Source of the DNA: Balanoglossus misakiensis
Taxonomy: Eukaryota; Animalia; Hemichordata
Length of the DNA: 64,000 bases
Direction of reading: 5' to 3'
NCBI GenBank assembly: GCA_040954595.2
Contig: CM082585.2
Location: forward strand, 262,814 to 326,813
The notes beneath the pieces were generated by a model that was not told where the DNA came from, made no database searches, and saw nothing but the letters and a program-made list of their open reading frames with translations. Below are positions 11,418-25,000 of this stretch, piece by piece. Both the position numbers and the translations under genes were made by a program. The first letter of the stretch is position 1. Each line of letters opens with the position of its first letter.

Positions 11418-11722
11418 AGCCTCTATAGCTGCCACTTTTCGCATTATTTTCACAATTTTATTTTACTGAGGTATATGTGAACACTTTACTGATGCCCGAT
11501 TATGGCTGTATGTAGCGATTTGAAAATGCTATGTATTAAAACGGTTTAATCAGCCTCCATACAAACAGTACGCAGCTATCGTGGTATGCATCACCAAGAG
11601 ATGACAAACTGATGCAAATGCAAGTAATATGGCTTAATGGTGAGGATTTTAGAGGATAGGGAATATATTTGAAGTGTTTTACTATGGAAGAAAATCCATG
11701 AAATTTGGCAGCTCTGGGGACT
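11418..11722. mobile_element. Kolobok-type MITE (305 bp)
   Basis: TTAA at 11414-11417 and 11723-11726; imperfect TIR agcctctatagctgcca / tggcagctctggggact with AG...CT ends. A second left end occurs at ~18174-18225. Confidence 0.65.
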
Positions 11723-11937
11723 TTAAGCGGTTACCGTCGACGCCAAGAAATGCTGAAAATCGCCCCTGATTTTCGTCTCTCTGGGGAATTTACGCCATAA
11801 ATCGGTAGGATACATATTCATGGTGGAATTTGTATGCATTGTGAAGGATTTTGTGGTCGAAAACCATGCATTCTCGGGAGCGTGTGTCCGCGTGTTGCCT
11901 CCTTCAGAGTCAATTACACAATGAACGCAGCCATTTG

Positions 11938-11973
11938 GCTACCCCTATTTATAGGGATATAAATAGGGGTAGC
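11938..11973. other. Perfect 16-bp hairpin, probably the terminus of another HINE-like element
   Basis: gctacccctatttata-ggga-tataaataggggtagc followed by aacaa. Confidence 0.6.
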
Positions 11974-12044
11974 AACAACAATCCTGGATATAACAACAGG
12001 ATATAGTTGTTGATAACATGCAGATTGAGCTGTCTCAAATCCTA

Positions 12045-13719
12045 GGGAGCATTCATTTTTTACAGGGAGGGGGGGGGGGGCCGGTGGAATTTGAGTCGCC
12101 GACTAAATGTAAAAGGCAACCCCCCTCGAAATTACTTTTCTAAAATGTGTCCCCCCTAAATTCTTCAATTGTAAAATGTGACCCCCCCCAAAAAAAAAGT
12201 TTATCCACCTGATTAAACTTATCAAACTTTGCCAGATATTGGTGTATGTTCGACATACCACATAATCAACATAGTTCTACATAGTTCCTTGATTTCCAAG
12301 TAGTGCATTGTCTGCCTGATCTTGTTAGGCCGCATTCACAAACGCCTCTGGAGGGGGGGGGACGGGAGAATCCAATTTTTTTACTGCTAATTTTCACATG
12401 CCCCCCGTACACAACCCGAAATATTTTCAAATCCCCCCCCCCTTCCGAACTGCCAAAATTTTGAAATCCCCCCACCCATTTTCTTTCACAGAGCAAAACA
12501 CATCACCTATCTATCTTGTAAAAAAAGAAAAAACAGCGCTCCCATGAAGAGAATTTGAAACTGATGTACCCCCTCAATGAACATTGTTTTTTTTTTAAGT
12601 ATTTGTATTCTGTGTTGGGAGACATTGTAAACCGAGAATTGAAGGGAGTGGGATTGGGAGGGGGTATCCCCCTCCCACGTAAGAAAATTTTATAAAATAC
12701 AGAGCTCAAAGCTGCATTTTAATGAACCCGGCAAAAGCAAATTAACTCAACTACCAGTATGTTGGGGAGGACAAATTTAACCGTCGCCGCTCAAAGTTAT
12801 CATGGGGTGGGGGCAAATCCCCTGACCTGGGACACTAGATAAACCAGTCAATGATTGAAAGGTGCTGATGAATGGAGGGGGTGGGTGTGGGAGGGGGTGT
12901 CCCCCTCCCACATTAGAAAATTTTGTAAAATAAAGGGCGCGAAACTGCATTTTTGTGGACTCAAAATAAATATTTAGTCGTCAAAGTTTTCAAGTCCCCC
13001 CCTTTCAGTACCTAAATTATTTCAAATCCCCCCTTACATACCCTCAATTTTTTCAAATCCCCCCCTCAATTCTCCTGCCCCCCCCTCCAGAGGTGTTTGT
13101 GAATGCAGCCTTATGTGAAAGAGTTCATTTTCAATGTCGCCGCTATCACTTTCTGAGTCACTTTCCTCTGAATCACCTAGTTCACCTATCACTACATGTT
13201 CATCTTCTGGTTCACTGTCCTCGTCCAAGTCATCCTCTTCATCCTCCTGCTCATCCTCCTCTTTGTCCCTCTCATGGTTTACTCTGAGACTTTCCAGAGT
13301 TGTTTGACACAGTTTCCGGCCAATGTGCGCTTCAACTATTTTCAGTTTGTCTTTTTTCAGCATCTTTTTCTCTGCTGTGAATTTATGTCAGTTCATGTAC
13401 ATGTCTAGGTCAGAAACTTTCAGCTCACATAGTTCACTGTTTCTGTATATTGCCATGATACAGCCTGAAAATGTTATTTTTGTGATCAAAAGTGTACTTG
13501 TTGTCACCTGATCACACAGAATGTTCGTATTCTATTTTATACACTTTACCGTCAATTCTGTTGTTTTTTGCTATAATTCCATACAAATCTGTTGTAAAAA
13601 TTGTCCTCCCCCAAACCATTGATTATAAAATTTGTCCCCCCCTAAAAACTGCTTTGTAAAAGTAAACCCCCCCCCCTGATTTCCACCGCCCCCCCTCACT
13701 GTAAAAAACGAATGCTCCC
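12045..13719. mobile_element. PIF/Harbinger-type non-autonomous element (outer), carrying a coding remnant
   Basis: TIR gggagcattcattttttacag / ctgtaaaaaacgaatgctccc; flanks cta / tta; G/C-run subterminal motifs. Confidence 0.75.
12328..13110. mobile_element. PIF/Harbinger-type MITE (inner, nested)
   Basis: TIR ggccgcattcacaaacgcctctggagggggg / cccccctccagaggtgtttgtgaatgcagcc; TTA TSD at 12325-12327 and 13111-13113. Confidence 0.85.
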
Positions 13720-15509
13720 TTACCAATCAGAAACAGCCTTCCAAGACTGCGTAGTGCTCTTGTAAAGTTATTTTTGGTTGTTCAAATTCTTTACCATGTC
13801 ACTGCTGGCATACAACAATGCATATGACCCAGCAACTTTGTATAGATGCACTGACATCAATGATATGCCTTCCAAAGCGCCACACATAGTGTAATTACAC
13901 ATGTTTCATGCTTCTGACACGCTCTACCTTTTACCAGGTTCATACACGAACAAAATTGAGACGCTATTTGCCTATGGTAAACACAGAGCATTAATCGTTT
14001 GAGTCGCCTTGTGTTCACACACACAAAGTTTGTGTATAGGCGCTGAGGCTCAGTCCCAAAGACAATGGATTGCAGAGAGGTTTTAATCCTTACACCGGAT
14101 CAGGTCTGACGGGCAAAGCTGTCTCAAATCTAAGCTGTTTCAGAACCACTATACACCGTCCACACATGTTTTTTTTAAGACAGTATGTGATCTGAGACGT
14201 TTCAGAACCGTCTTAATGGTGTGTGTGACCCCCATATTAGACAACTTAGACAATATTATCCGAAAATAAATATTAGACAAAATCATCCGATAATAAATAT
14301 TAGCTCAGTCTATGTCCTGGCGCATTTCATCAGGACAATAAAATACATAACAAAAGCCCTCACTACGCACCCACTCGACTTTTCGCCGGCAAAGCAACTT
14401 TTACATGCAGGAGCATTCCACTGGATGAAAATCTGTAACATTTAGCTTTATTTTCAGTATTTTAATTCTGTGTAAAAATTGCAATTTCTTGTTTTACTCC
14501 AAACATCACTTTAATATACATGTAGTACCAAATACTCCAATCATTAACATTGCCTGTGTATGTGTAATGGCCATTGTTATCACTGTTGACAAATGAATTC
14601 TAGTTCGGACATGAATTTAAATTTTACACAATAATAATACTGAATATGCACATACATGTAGTGTTGATAAGCTAAACTCTGGATATTTTGTCATGTTTCT
14701 GGAGTTTATACTAGAAACCGCAGCAGATACACAGAGCAATATTACTGAAAACATAGTGAAAAGTTGGAGCTAATGGAGCAGACAGCATATTGTTCAGTGC
14801 TTGCGTGCCTTTGACTAAGATTATTATTATGTAAATATCACCAGCATGTTTTTCATGAATTTCTAGAAATATACACTTGACTTATTTTGTCATTTTTTCC
14901 TTGCAAACTCCATTGTCATTGAATGTACGTACATGCGTAAACACACCACTGCTTTAAAACAAAAAGGTGATGGGTTTCGTATGTATTGCGTTGTATTCAA
15001 TTGAACGGACATTTTTTTTTGGGGGGGGGGCGGGGAGGTTCATTATTTCACAGCTTTCCCGAATAGACTTCTTAGTGCGCCCTCTTTTGGTGACGTGTCT
15101 TCTGATAATCGGCCAGATAAAACAAAATCATTGAAGTGTACCATCACTCTCGTCACAAAGAAACAAAATCCGACCTCGTTCCCGTTTTTAGATAAACATT
15201 CACTGTTTCGCCCTTTGGTGAAACACGTTAGGAAAATGTATTTTGAAAATAGTATTTCCATTTCGACATTGATACATTTTGTCAACTGATTGGACCGAGT
15301 AAATTGTTTGAAACGTAGGGCCCTATGGAGTGTTCGGATTTTAACTTCCTCCAGACCCAAGCCCCAGAGAGGAAGAAAAGTGCACGTTCTCATGTATGAC
15401 ACTATAATATACCTCATGCTAATACTGTGTTGCGATTCGCCAGAATCGGTCACGTGATAGGAAAATAGAATCGACTATGAATCCCTAGGGAAATAGCAGA
15501 AAAAATATT

Positions 15510-15740
15510 AAAGCTGCAAGCAGCGTTGGCGGGGCACAAGCGGTTCCCATTGTAACCAGCAAATGCCAAGGCTGTATCAGCTGTGGATACCAAGATATGG
15601 GAAAGTAGGTCAAAGGTCACTTGAGGTCACCCCAAATTTGGGCAAAAAAATCGGACCCCTAGTCTAGGTCCAACAAAAACCAGAACCCTAGCTCTATTGG
15701 TTCACCTAGAATTAGGTATGTGCATAATTAATGAGGTATT
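15510..15740. mobile_element. Truncated relative of the HINE-like element at 754-6460 (start plus one core)
   Basis: aaagctgcaagcagc start; core ccaagatatgggaaagtaggtcaaaggtca...gaattaggtatg. Confidence 0.7.
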
Positions 15741-15928
15741 GTGTAAGACTCCATATGCGCTCCATCTGCCCCCCAAAAGCCAGGACTCTAATAAATCACA
15801 AGCAGTGCAATTAAATTTACGTACGTAGTCGTTTGTAAGCGTAATGCGTCACGTTGACTTTTGATACATTTTACGCAAAATGTAGCAAGTTTGCATCAGG
15901 GGTGTTTCTGCTTGCGGCGGCCCACTTA

Positions 15929-16985
15929 GGGACCGTTCAGTTTTTATGGCTGGGGGGTCGGCAAGTTTGAGTCATCGGTTTTCAAAATCAGGCCGACCCC
16001 CCCCCCCCTTTCGCCCAGCACCAAAAAATGATGACCCACCCTTTGACAGACCCAAAAATATGATGACCCCCCCTACGCTGAAAACATTTGCCATCCTGAT
16101 CCTATGTACACTGTATGCAATAAAGGGAATGAGGTTCCTCACACCTCAATTATAAATTTCTTATAATAATATCGTTGCAATAAAGAAATCTATGAACAAA
16201 ATAAAATGACAAGTCAATACAATACTTGCTAGAATTGGTAAAACAAGAAAAGTGGCGGGGATGTGCCCTCCCACATAAGACAATTTTGTAAAATACGGTG
16301 CTCAAAGTTGCATTTTAATGAACTCAAAAGCAAACTAACTCAATGTTAGGCAGGACAAATTTTGATTTTGCCACTCCACTCAAAGTAAGAATAGGGGTGG
16401 GTGGGAATAAGTCTGACATGGTACACATAGTCCCACATAAGAAAATTTTGTAAAATATGTAGCTCAAAGTTGCATTTTTATGAAATCAAAAGCAAATTCA
16501 TCTCAATATTTGGGAGGACCAATTTTACTTTTTGCCATTCCACTCAAAGTAAGAAGATTTGGCGTCATCTTCATCATGACATCATTTATAAAACTTCCAG
16601 CATATAGAAGATGGAGCACGAAACTGTCAGTTATGCGAAATGGTTTAAACGATTATTCTTTTTTATGTATTACTTTGTCAAATATTATCATCAGTGGGGT
16701 TGGGGTGGCAAGCACTCTGCCCTGGTACACTAGACAAACCAGCAAAAATGTTCTAATGTGGAGGGGGACACCCCCTCCCATATTAATTTTTTTTGTAAAA
16801 TAAAGGGCGCGAAACTGCAATTTTGTGGACTCAAAAGCAAAAGTTCGGTGGCAAAAGTTTGTGACCCCCCCCCCCCTGAACATTTAAAAATAACAGATGA
16901 CCCCCCCCCCTTTTGGACTTCAAAATTTAAGTGACCCCCCCTGGATTTTGCCCCCCCCCCCTGGCCGTATAAACTGAACGGTCCC
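15929..16985. mobile_element. PIF/Harbinger-type MITE 'A', complete (1057 bp)
   Basis: TIR gggaccgttcagttt / aaactgaacggtccc; TTA on both sides (15926-15928, 16986-16988). Near-identical partial copies start at 28591 and 38774. Confidence 0.88.
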
Positions 16986-17294
16986 TTAACTTAGTTTACA
17001 CATCGCCACTTAAAACCATTAACAGGGGTTGAACTTTGTACCCGGTGCCGTGTTGGCATCTGTGACTTGTCATGGACATTAATAGAGAAACTGTTTGTGT
17101 TTCTGTTCATGGTGCAAAAGTTTCATCACGGATAAATTGACACTCCCTTTCTGTAAAATTTTGTACATTTTCTACATACAAAAGGTACGTGGATTAATAT
17201 GGTCAGGATTTTACAAGACAAACGTGCATGTTCCACAATGCTCAACAGACAATTACTCCACATTCAAAGCTTGAATAAAATTAACAAAACTCAC

Positions 17295-19701
17295 CCATCA
17301 GTGCCAGCAGATTCTATTTCGCGGATGATTGTCTGTGTGGAGTCCTTGGTCCGATGAGCACCTTTCTCAAATGGCTCATTTCTGGAAACCTGTAAATAAT
17401 AATGATGATTTCCCAATTAATCCATGGGAAATTGTTACACCAGCATATAACAGTACTTGCAGGATAAACCTCGGAAAGACGAAAAAGTCGACTGGACTGG
17501 CTTTGGTGTAAAGGCCCGCCACTTTTGCTTACAAATTATCAAACCATAAATGTGGCTATGAGATTCTAGACGGCAATAAACCTTGACTTTAATACCCAAA
17601 GAGTGATTTTATGTGTTGTGGGTATTGGCATGTCATATTGTACCACTGCTAGAATAACACTATTTACTTACAGTACAGCATTGACAGAATTTCGCTGATG
17701 CAGCACCGGTGTGATTAACAATCTCCGACTGCCAAACATTGTCTGCTTTTACTAAGAAAAGAGGGGACACCACTAAAACTTCCTTATTGAGGTTGGCGTC
17801 AAACATTACAACCCCCTCGGACTCTAACACTTTCAACTCGGCTACGAGAGGTTTGCTCAGCTCCAAGGCATCTACTCTTGCAGAAGCATTTACAAAAGAA
17901 ATGTTCTCAAGTTTGTTGTTGTCCTCCTTTGGTAGCCCTCCCAGCATCAAACACCACACACTTAATGGACTCCACTTCTTGGTACTGCTGCTACCAACGT
18001 CATCAGAGAAGAGAACTACATTGTATTGGTACAGTAATTACACTCTGGATGTCCATACACCAAAGACTTGACAAACTGTAACAGAAATAACAATTTTATA
18101 TTTATGTATATGTGATCGCATAATAACATAAATCATGATAACATTACCATTGACATGATTTGTTTAATTTTAGTTAAAGCCTCTAGAGCTGCCACTTTTT
18201 GTATTATTTTCATGATTTTATTTTCCAACTTGAATTGGGCCATCTTTATAAGCTTACTGATAGGTATGTACCTTATCACCTGATGCTGATGGAAGGAGTC
18301 AAGTGTCTACAATCATATAAGACAGGGATAAAATAGCCAACGTTACACTTCCTTTTTAATAAATGCATGGCCACCAGATAACCATGACAATGTAGAATTT
18401 GTAAATACCTCATGGGAGAGTCTCTTTAATCCATTCTCTGAATCTATCTTCCATCCAACTGTTTTGCTGTTCACATCACCTTTTATAGTGGCCCCTCAGT
18501 TGATTACTATGGATAGCTAGGATCTTGTCTGTATGACATACTTTTTGATCACGTATGTTACAAACAATGACCTTCACAAAAATACCTGGCTTTTCACCTT
18601 CACAATCTTCAGGTGTCATCTGAAACAAATTAAATGACAAGTGATAACATGTTGGTGAGACAAAAATTTGATGAACGAGTCAATACTAACAACCCAAAAC
18701 AGATGACTTGAGAAAAATGATATTGGAAAAAAACAAAAACAGTACTATTTTACGTCAACATATATTGATGAGATGTACCCAAGCAGCTGTGTCCCATTTT
18801 TGTCAATCCATAAAAAGTCTTTCAGGTAAAAAACCTCATCATTTACCTCAACCATTGGTGTTTGATATCTGTGGTGAAGATGCCACTTCTTTGCTTCGTA
18901 CATTTCCCTATTTCAAAATACATTTAAAATCAGTTACACTTGGTTCCCACAGTGTTATAGATAGAATTCTGCAGGAACCAAATAAATATTTACTATCGAA
19001 TGTGTACATCTTCTTGTGTATGGTTTGTTGAGTTAGCCTGTTTGACATTACAGCCATAAATGATGTCGGTGACTCAATGCAATGCGATGCAATGCAATGA
19101 GGACATGTTCATTCAGAAATCTACGCTACATGTATCTGTGTGCTGATTTGGTATCTTGACAAATTTCTAAGTTTAGTTTAAGCACATTACCATGGTGACA
19201 TTACCAATGAATTTATGTAACTCTCAACATACCTTATGACATTATTAGTTTGTTTTCTGGGGTAATGAGATAGACGCCCAGATGTACTTGGTGTTGCTAT
19301 CCTGCTTCTGATAGTGTCGATCATGGACAAAGAATAGTATTCCTGTCCCTTGGCATCTACAAACTGTAATGACAATTAATAACATTATTATTATATAAAC
19401 AGTGAGATTTTGGGGAAATTTGACATGGTCAATGTTCTGCATATTTTTGAATAACAAGTAAATTACCCCCATGCAAAACAGTTTCACAGCACGACAATAT
19501 ATACATTTACATGCATTAATTAAACATAACTGGAAATTGCAATGCATATCTAGACAAAAGATTATTATGGTTTATGCATACCAAATTTGGTTCCAGTTTT
19601 CCAGGTAGGTCAGCTAGATGCTGTTTCACCTGATACAAACTAGGCGTTGTCATGTCCTGTTTTTGCAAGAGATACCAAATGTATTTCAAATTGGTTTCTC
19701 C
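17295..19701 (-). pseudogene. N-terminal half of an intron-rich CACTA/EnSpm-Plavaka-like DDE transposase
   Basis: GT-AG exons 19701-19582 (GETNLKYIWYLL..TPSLYQVK), 19363-19233 (GQEYYSLS..IATP..LSHYP), 18907-18847 (EMYEAKKW..QTPMVE), 18619-18409 (disrupted), 18075-17672 (frameshifted; VLFSDDVGSSSTKKW..GLPKEDN..KADNVWQSEIVNH..KFCQCC) and 17389-17295 (VSRNEP..RTKDST). Confidence 0.72.
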
Positions 19702-22088
19702 CTGTTTTTTAAAAAAAAGAATGATATTCATAACTTTAAGTTACTTGACCAATGTTTTAGTGTTGCATGATCTGGAGCCTTGCATTACATGTAGTATTTA
19801 CAAAACGAGTGGCTGTTTCCATTTCACCAAAGACAGTGCCATTGATTCAGCGCATTATCTTTGAAAGGACTTGTGTTTACCCCTCCACAAAATGAAAAAA
19901 AATAGCATCAAGGACACTGTGGTCCCATTTGAGGATTATGCGGAAACAGTGACACACCAGAATAAAAATTAAAGGTGACATTGCAAGCAGATATGATCTT
20001 ACGATATAGAAATATGGAATGTAAAAAAATTATCAAAGAACATGCCCAAAAAACTGTCATGTGTCATGGCAGTCTTACAAGTGGTGCTAGAAAAAAAATT
20101 GACCAAAAATTGTCTGTACAAACACATATGAGAAGCAACTTCTTTCAGTCAGCCCTGGAACAGACAGACAGACACACACTGACCTGCCACTGGTAATTAA
20201 AATTTAATAGCCGGTGGTCTCTGTAACAGCTGGCCTATTAAAGTTATGTAAACATTTCTAAGTTGGGGGTAACAACTCCTTGTAAACAGTAACTTTCAAA
20301 ACAACTGGACAATTTAGGAGAAGATTTGCTAACCAAAAACAAAGAAACTTACAAAAAAATTTAAAGTGGCAAAAACACAAATATGAAAATATCACCAAAT
20401 TGTACAATATCTTACTTCAATCTCTACATGGAACATGCCTGCCAAAGTTCAATGCAATATGACAAGCGGTTTCAGCGAAAACAATTTTTAACAAAAATTG
20501 CAAAAGTTTCCCAGATAACACATTTATGCAAATATCACATTTTTTACAACATATTACTTGGGTTAGGTCAAAGGTCACCGTTTTAGCAGTGCATTATTGA
20601 GTATTTTATCATCGCTGGATTGAGCTCTCGTCCAATCAGAATTGTGGACGGTAGCATGATATAATATAATTAGTGAATAACCTTATATTATCATATTTAG
20701 CCTGCATGAGGGATGTTGATCTCTGACCATAATATTGATGAAATAGAAATGTCAGAACATATAGTGCACCCATATCATTTTCCATTAATTGTTATGCAAT
20801 TGCATTACCTCTCTGGAAGACATTGTATAGCTCAGAAAAGCACCTCTGTTTACAATACCATTTTCTGCTTGCACTGCTTTGAACTCTCTTGGCCTGACAT
20901 CTGTTGTTGCAATCAGTCTAAAGTTACGAAAGTAACAACATGTACACAATCAGGAAAAAACAACAACACTTAAACGTCGGAATGTAACAAATTTAAAAAC
21001 TGTATCTGCAGACATATCACAGATTGATCACATAAACCATGGTTTTAATAAGTTTACAGTAGCTGTTTAAAGTGAAAGTGATAAATGGACAGCATTGTAA
21101 AACACTGCGTGTTCAACCTTGTGACTCAATGGAGTTGTGACATTACCTGTCCATGTCATTGTTGGCTGTTTCCTCCTCTATGGATGCTTCACATGTGCCA
21201 TGCCAGCTTGCAGCTGTAAAAATATTTCATTACTGTCTATTATTCTTTAAAACACTCAAATGTGTGAAAATTATCAACACACTCACAAATTTTTTTTTAT
21301 TGAATAGAGTCAGGTGTATATGATAGATTCTTGCACATTAATTTTTGTGAAATCTGAGGGAACATATGCAATAATAGCAGAACTCTCTCTGTGTGATCTG
21401 TGCTGTACTGAGGTTATTTTCACTAATGAACAAGTGAAATCATGACTGGCACAGAATACACTGCATCACTCATGAAAATACCGTCTGTACCGGTATACGG
21501 CACAGGATGCATGCAAAAGTCCACGGATTCTGCTATTTTAGTATGGTACATTTCCCCATGGTCATAGTTTATAAGTGGAGATTGTAGCTGCAAACTTACC
21601 TTTCTCAAGTCACCTTTCAGATAGCTTCTACTTTTGTTATTACCATATAGAAACTTCTGGAGTTCTGGTCACCTATTCATTTTTTTACTGAGTTTCCACA
21701 GCATCTGAGAATAGAATTTAAAATGATAACAAAAAACTTAACTATCATACTAATAAAAAAATGTTCAAAACATCATTCCTGGTGATTTTAAAGAATACTG
21801 GACCAATACCAAAATAGTGAGAAGCATGCATAAGTCACTGCAGTATTAATGTTTACAGGCATACTTCATGGTGTACAGTAATAATAAACTTATTCCTGTA
21901 CATCTAACATTTTTGACTAGTGTACTTTTGATATCAAAATGATATATAATAATAATTTATTGCGTTTCAAGACCTCGGGTCCAAATGCATGGAGAACATC
22001 CCGTTCTCAAATAAAGTGAACCATCGCACAAATACAGATTGAGTGCTAATTTCAGAATTACAGAGAAAGTTAAACAATGTAATACACT

Positions 22089-25000
22089 CTATGCAGGACA
22101 GGTGGCTGTTCTCACAGCCATAGCTTTATAGACATAGTGGCAAATGTTCAGTAGTACCTGTGAATCTGTGGAGCTCATAAGCCTTTTGAATTTGTAGTAG
22201 TTTGGGTCAAGGAAAGCACTTCGTGGTAAATATTTGATTCTGATGCTGTTATAAAGAGAACAAATTAACAAAAAATGGTACTCGTCCTCAATATCACCAG
22301 AGTTACATAACTTACAAAACCTATGGTTTGGGTCAACTCCCCGATGACGCCCCTCCTCTATCGCTAGAGGGAGAGACGAACATCTGAAGCGAGCAAGAAC
22401 CTGTATAAATTTTACATTACAGTTCAAAGTTAAATACCTTTCAGGTTCAAGAATACTTTTGAATGTACAGTATGTGCGTAACTTAGGTTTGTTTGTTGCA
22501 TTAATTAACTATTGTTGTTTACATATATCAATAACCCTAGAGTGAAAATAGCTGAGAAAAATATCTTTGTTGCCCACCTCATGAGCAATCCAGGCATAAC
22601 CAAACCCATGTGAATAAAGAATATGTTTGATTGAAGAGACCCATGTATGCCTCCCTAAGTTATCGAGATTTCTTAACATTTTGTACGCATGTCTTGGGAG
22701 TCTATTTGTTGGCATCTCAATAAGCTTTAACCAGTAACATTTCCGTAGGGTCTTTGAAAATAAAGGTAGACGACCACATTCTCCCACTACTGCCTCATTA
22801 GGGGCATTATTTGAGACTGTCAGTAGTCGTCTGCACCATTTTCTCTGAATCTTTTCAATACAGTCATAGTATTGGAAACCCCATATTTCGGCACCGTAAG
22901 TCAAGATCGGTACAATCATCGCATCAAAAACCTTGAAATGAACCTTAAGCGTAAAGCTATCAATTTTTCTAGTAGCAGTTAACAGCACGTTCATTGCTTT
23001 GTTTGCTTGGCAAGCAAGAGTCGAGACAGCTTTCGACCATACATTCGTAGATGATAGTAACAGCCCAAGATATTTGTAATAAGAAACTACTTCGATTACA
23101 GTATTATCAAAGTACCATGCCTCTCTAGATGACTTTCTACCACCCTTACGAAAGATAACAATTTTTGTTTTGTCTAAATTCACTTTCATCTGCCAATGTT
23201 TACAGAACTCCTGCAGAATATTGATAAGGTGTTGCAGGTTGGCAATCAAATCTGCAAAAATTTCTACATCATCTGCATATAAAAGCGCAAACAGATCATA
23301 AATATCTTGTGTCAGTTGAATTCCTGTACGCCCGGCAGACATCAACATGGAATTGAGTTCTTCGATGAAAAGTGCAAATAAGATTGGACTGAGGATACAT
23401 CCTTGCCTTACTCCCTTTGGTCAATCAAAATAAGCTGAAGTTACATTGTTTGTTCTTACACATGCTTTAACACCACTATACATGGACTGTAATAATGTGT
23501 ACATTTTGTCATTAACACCAAGTGATTTCAATCTGTACAGCAACAAAGAATGATTGATAGTGTCGAACGCTTTTGAAAAGTCCACGAACATACAATAAAG
23601 CTTTCCTCGTCTGATGCCGAGATATGTCTGAATGATTGCATGAAGAACAAATAGATTGTCGACTGTACAGTGATTTTTTCGAAAACCGGCCTGGCAATCT
23701 GAGAGAAGATTTGTATCTTCTACCCACCTTGTAATTCTCTGATTTCAAACAGAAGTGAAAACTTTACCCAGTGTGTTCAAAAGAGAGATTCCCCTATAAT
23801 TATTAACATCGTTTTTGCGGCCTTTTTTAAAAAGTGGAATGATTATTGCAATAGACCATTCATATGGAAAGGTACCGGAGTCGAAAATGAAATTAAACAA
23901 TTCAGTTAAAAGAGGCAAAGTTACATCAGCAGAAAATTTGTAAAACTCGTTGGGGATCCCGTCTGGTCCAGGCGCCTTGCCGTCTTTGAGACCTTTTAGA
24001 CATCTCAGGATCTCTTCCTCCGTGATCTTGGAGTTAAGTGAATCCAAGTGTCCTGCATCGGAACTGACTGAATCATCAATACTGTCAAACTCCTCTTCAA
24101 TCGAGGTAGGCAAAATATGGTCAGTATCTGTGTTATCTATACTATTAAGTAAAGAACTAAAGTGGTTGTACCACGTCTCAATATCGATGCTTTCATCACG
24201 ACTGTGCCTCTGGTTTAACACTGATTTCAAAATTGACCAAAAGTCATTCGGTCCCTTAGATGAAGCTTCATTCAATTGGCACCTGATACGAGCCTGATAT
24301 TCCCTTTTACTTTTTCTGCAAATTTGTCTAAACCTAGCTTTAGCTGCCATATACTCACTTAATTCTAAATTTGAGCCATCCTCTCTGAAAACTTTTAATT
24401 TCGCGTACATGACGCGTTTAGACTCGGTACAAGTCCCATCAAACCATTGTGGTTGATTGCCATTGTGTTTGGATGATTTGCTTTTGCAATAACCTTCGGA
24501 GCCAGCAGACATTAGCGCTTCGTTCAGTTTACCGATAGTGACATGAGAATTGGGGAGAGAATTTCTCGCTTTTTGCAGCAGTGACTGAACACTTGCGGAC
24601 ATTAAGTTTGGCCGGAACGAACTCTTACAATTCTCTGTCCAATGGAAGCGGACAGATTCAGTGGTTGGAATGGGCGGGTGTTTTTCTTTCTTATGCAAAT
24701 GAGTGTTGGCTGCCTCCAGTTTGCAAATGAGTGGAAAGTGGTCAGATTCTGCACGTGGAAGTACATTGAAATATGTGACGTAACTAAACATTTCAGATGA
24801 CGAAATTATATAATCGACAACGCTACAACCCATTGAAGTCACACAAGTAACATTCCCAGCTTTATCATTATGTAAGCGACCATTCAAAACGTGAATATCC
24901 AAACATTTGCATAAATTTAACATAACTCTGCCTGCCTCATTAACCGTTTCGTCCTTTGAATTTCGTTCCACCTGGAAAGTGTCAGGTACATAGTCTAAAC

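Noticed and set aside
15043-15453. 136-aa minus-strand ORF
   Set aside because: No recognisable motif and no convincing splice context; it does not continue the transposase.
16480-16803. Recurrent ~90-107-aa ORF in MITE A copies
   Set aside because: Recurrence reflects recent duplication; no transposase motifs.
23421-23747. In-frame TGA stops in RTE-X ORF2 as programmed recoding
   Set aside because: They fall inside conserved RT sequence alongside frameshifts, which indicates ordinary decay.
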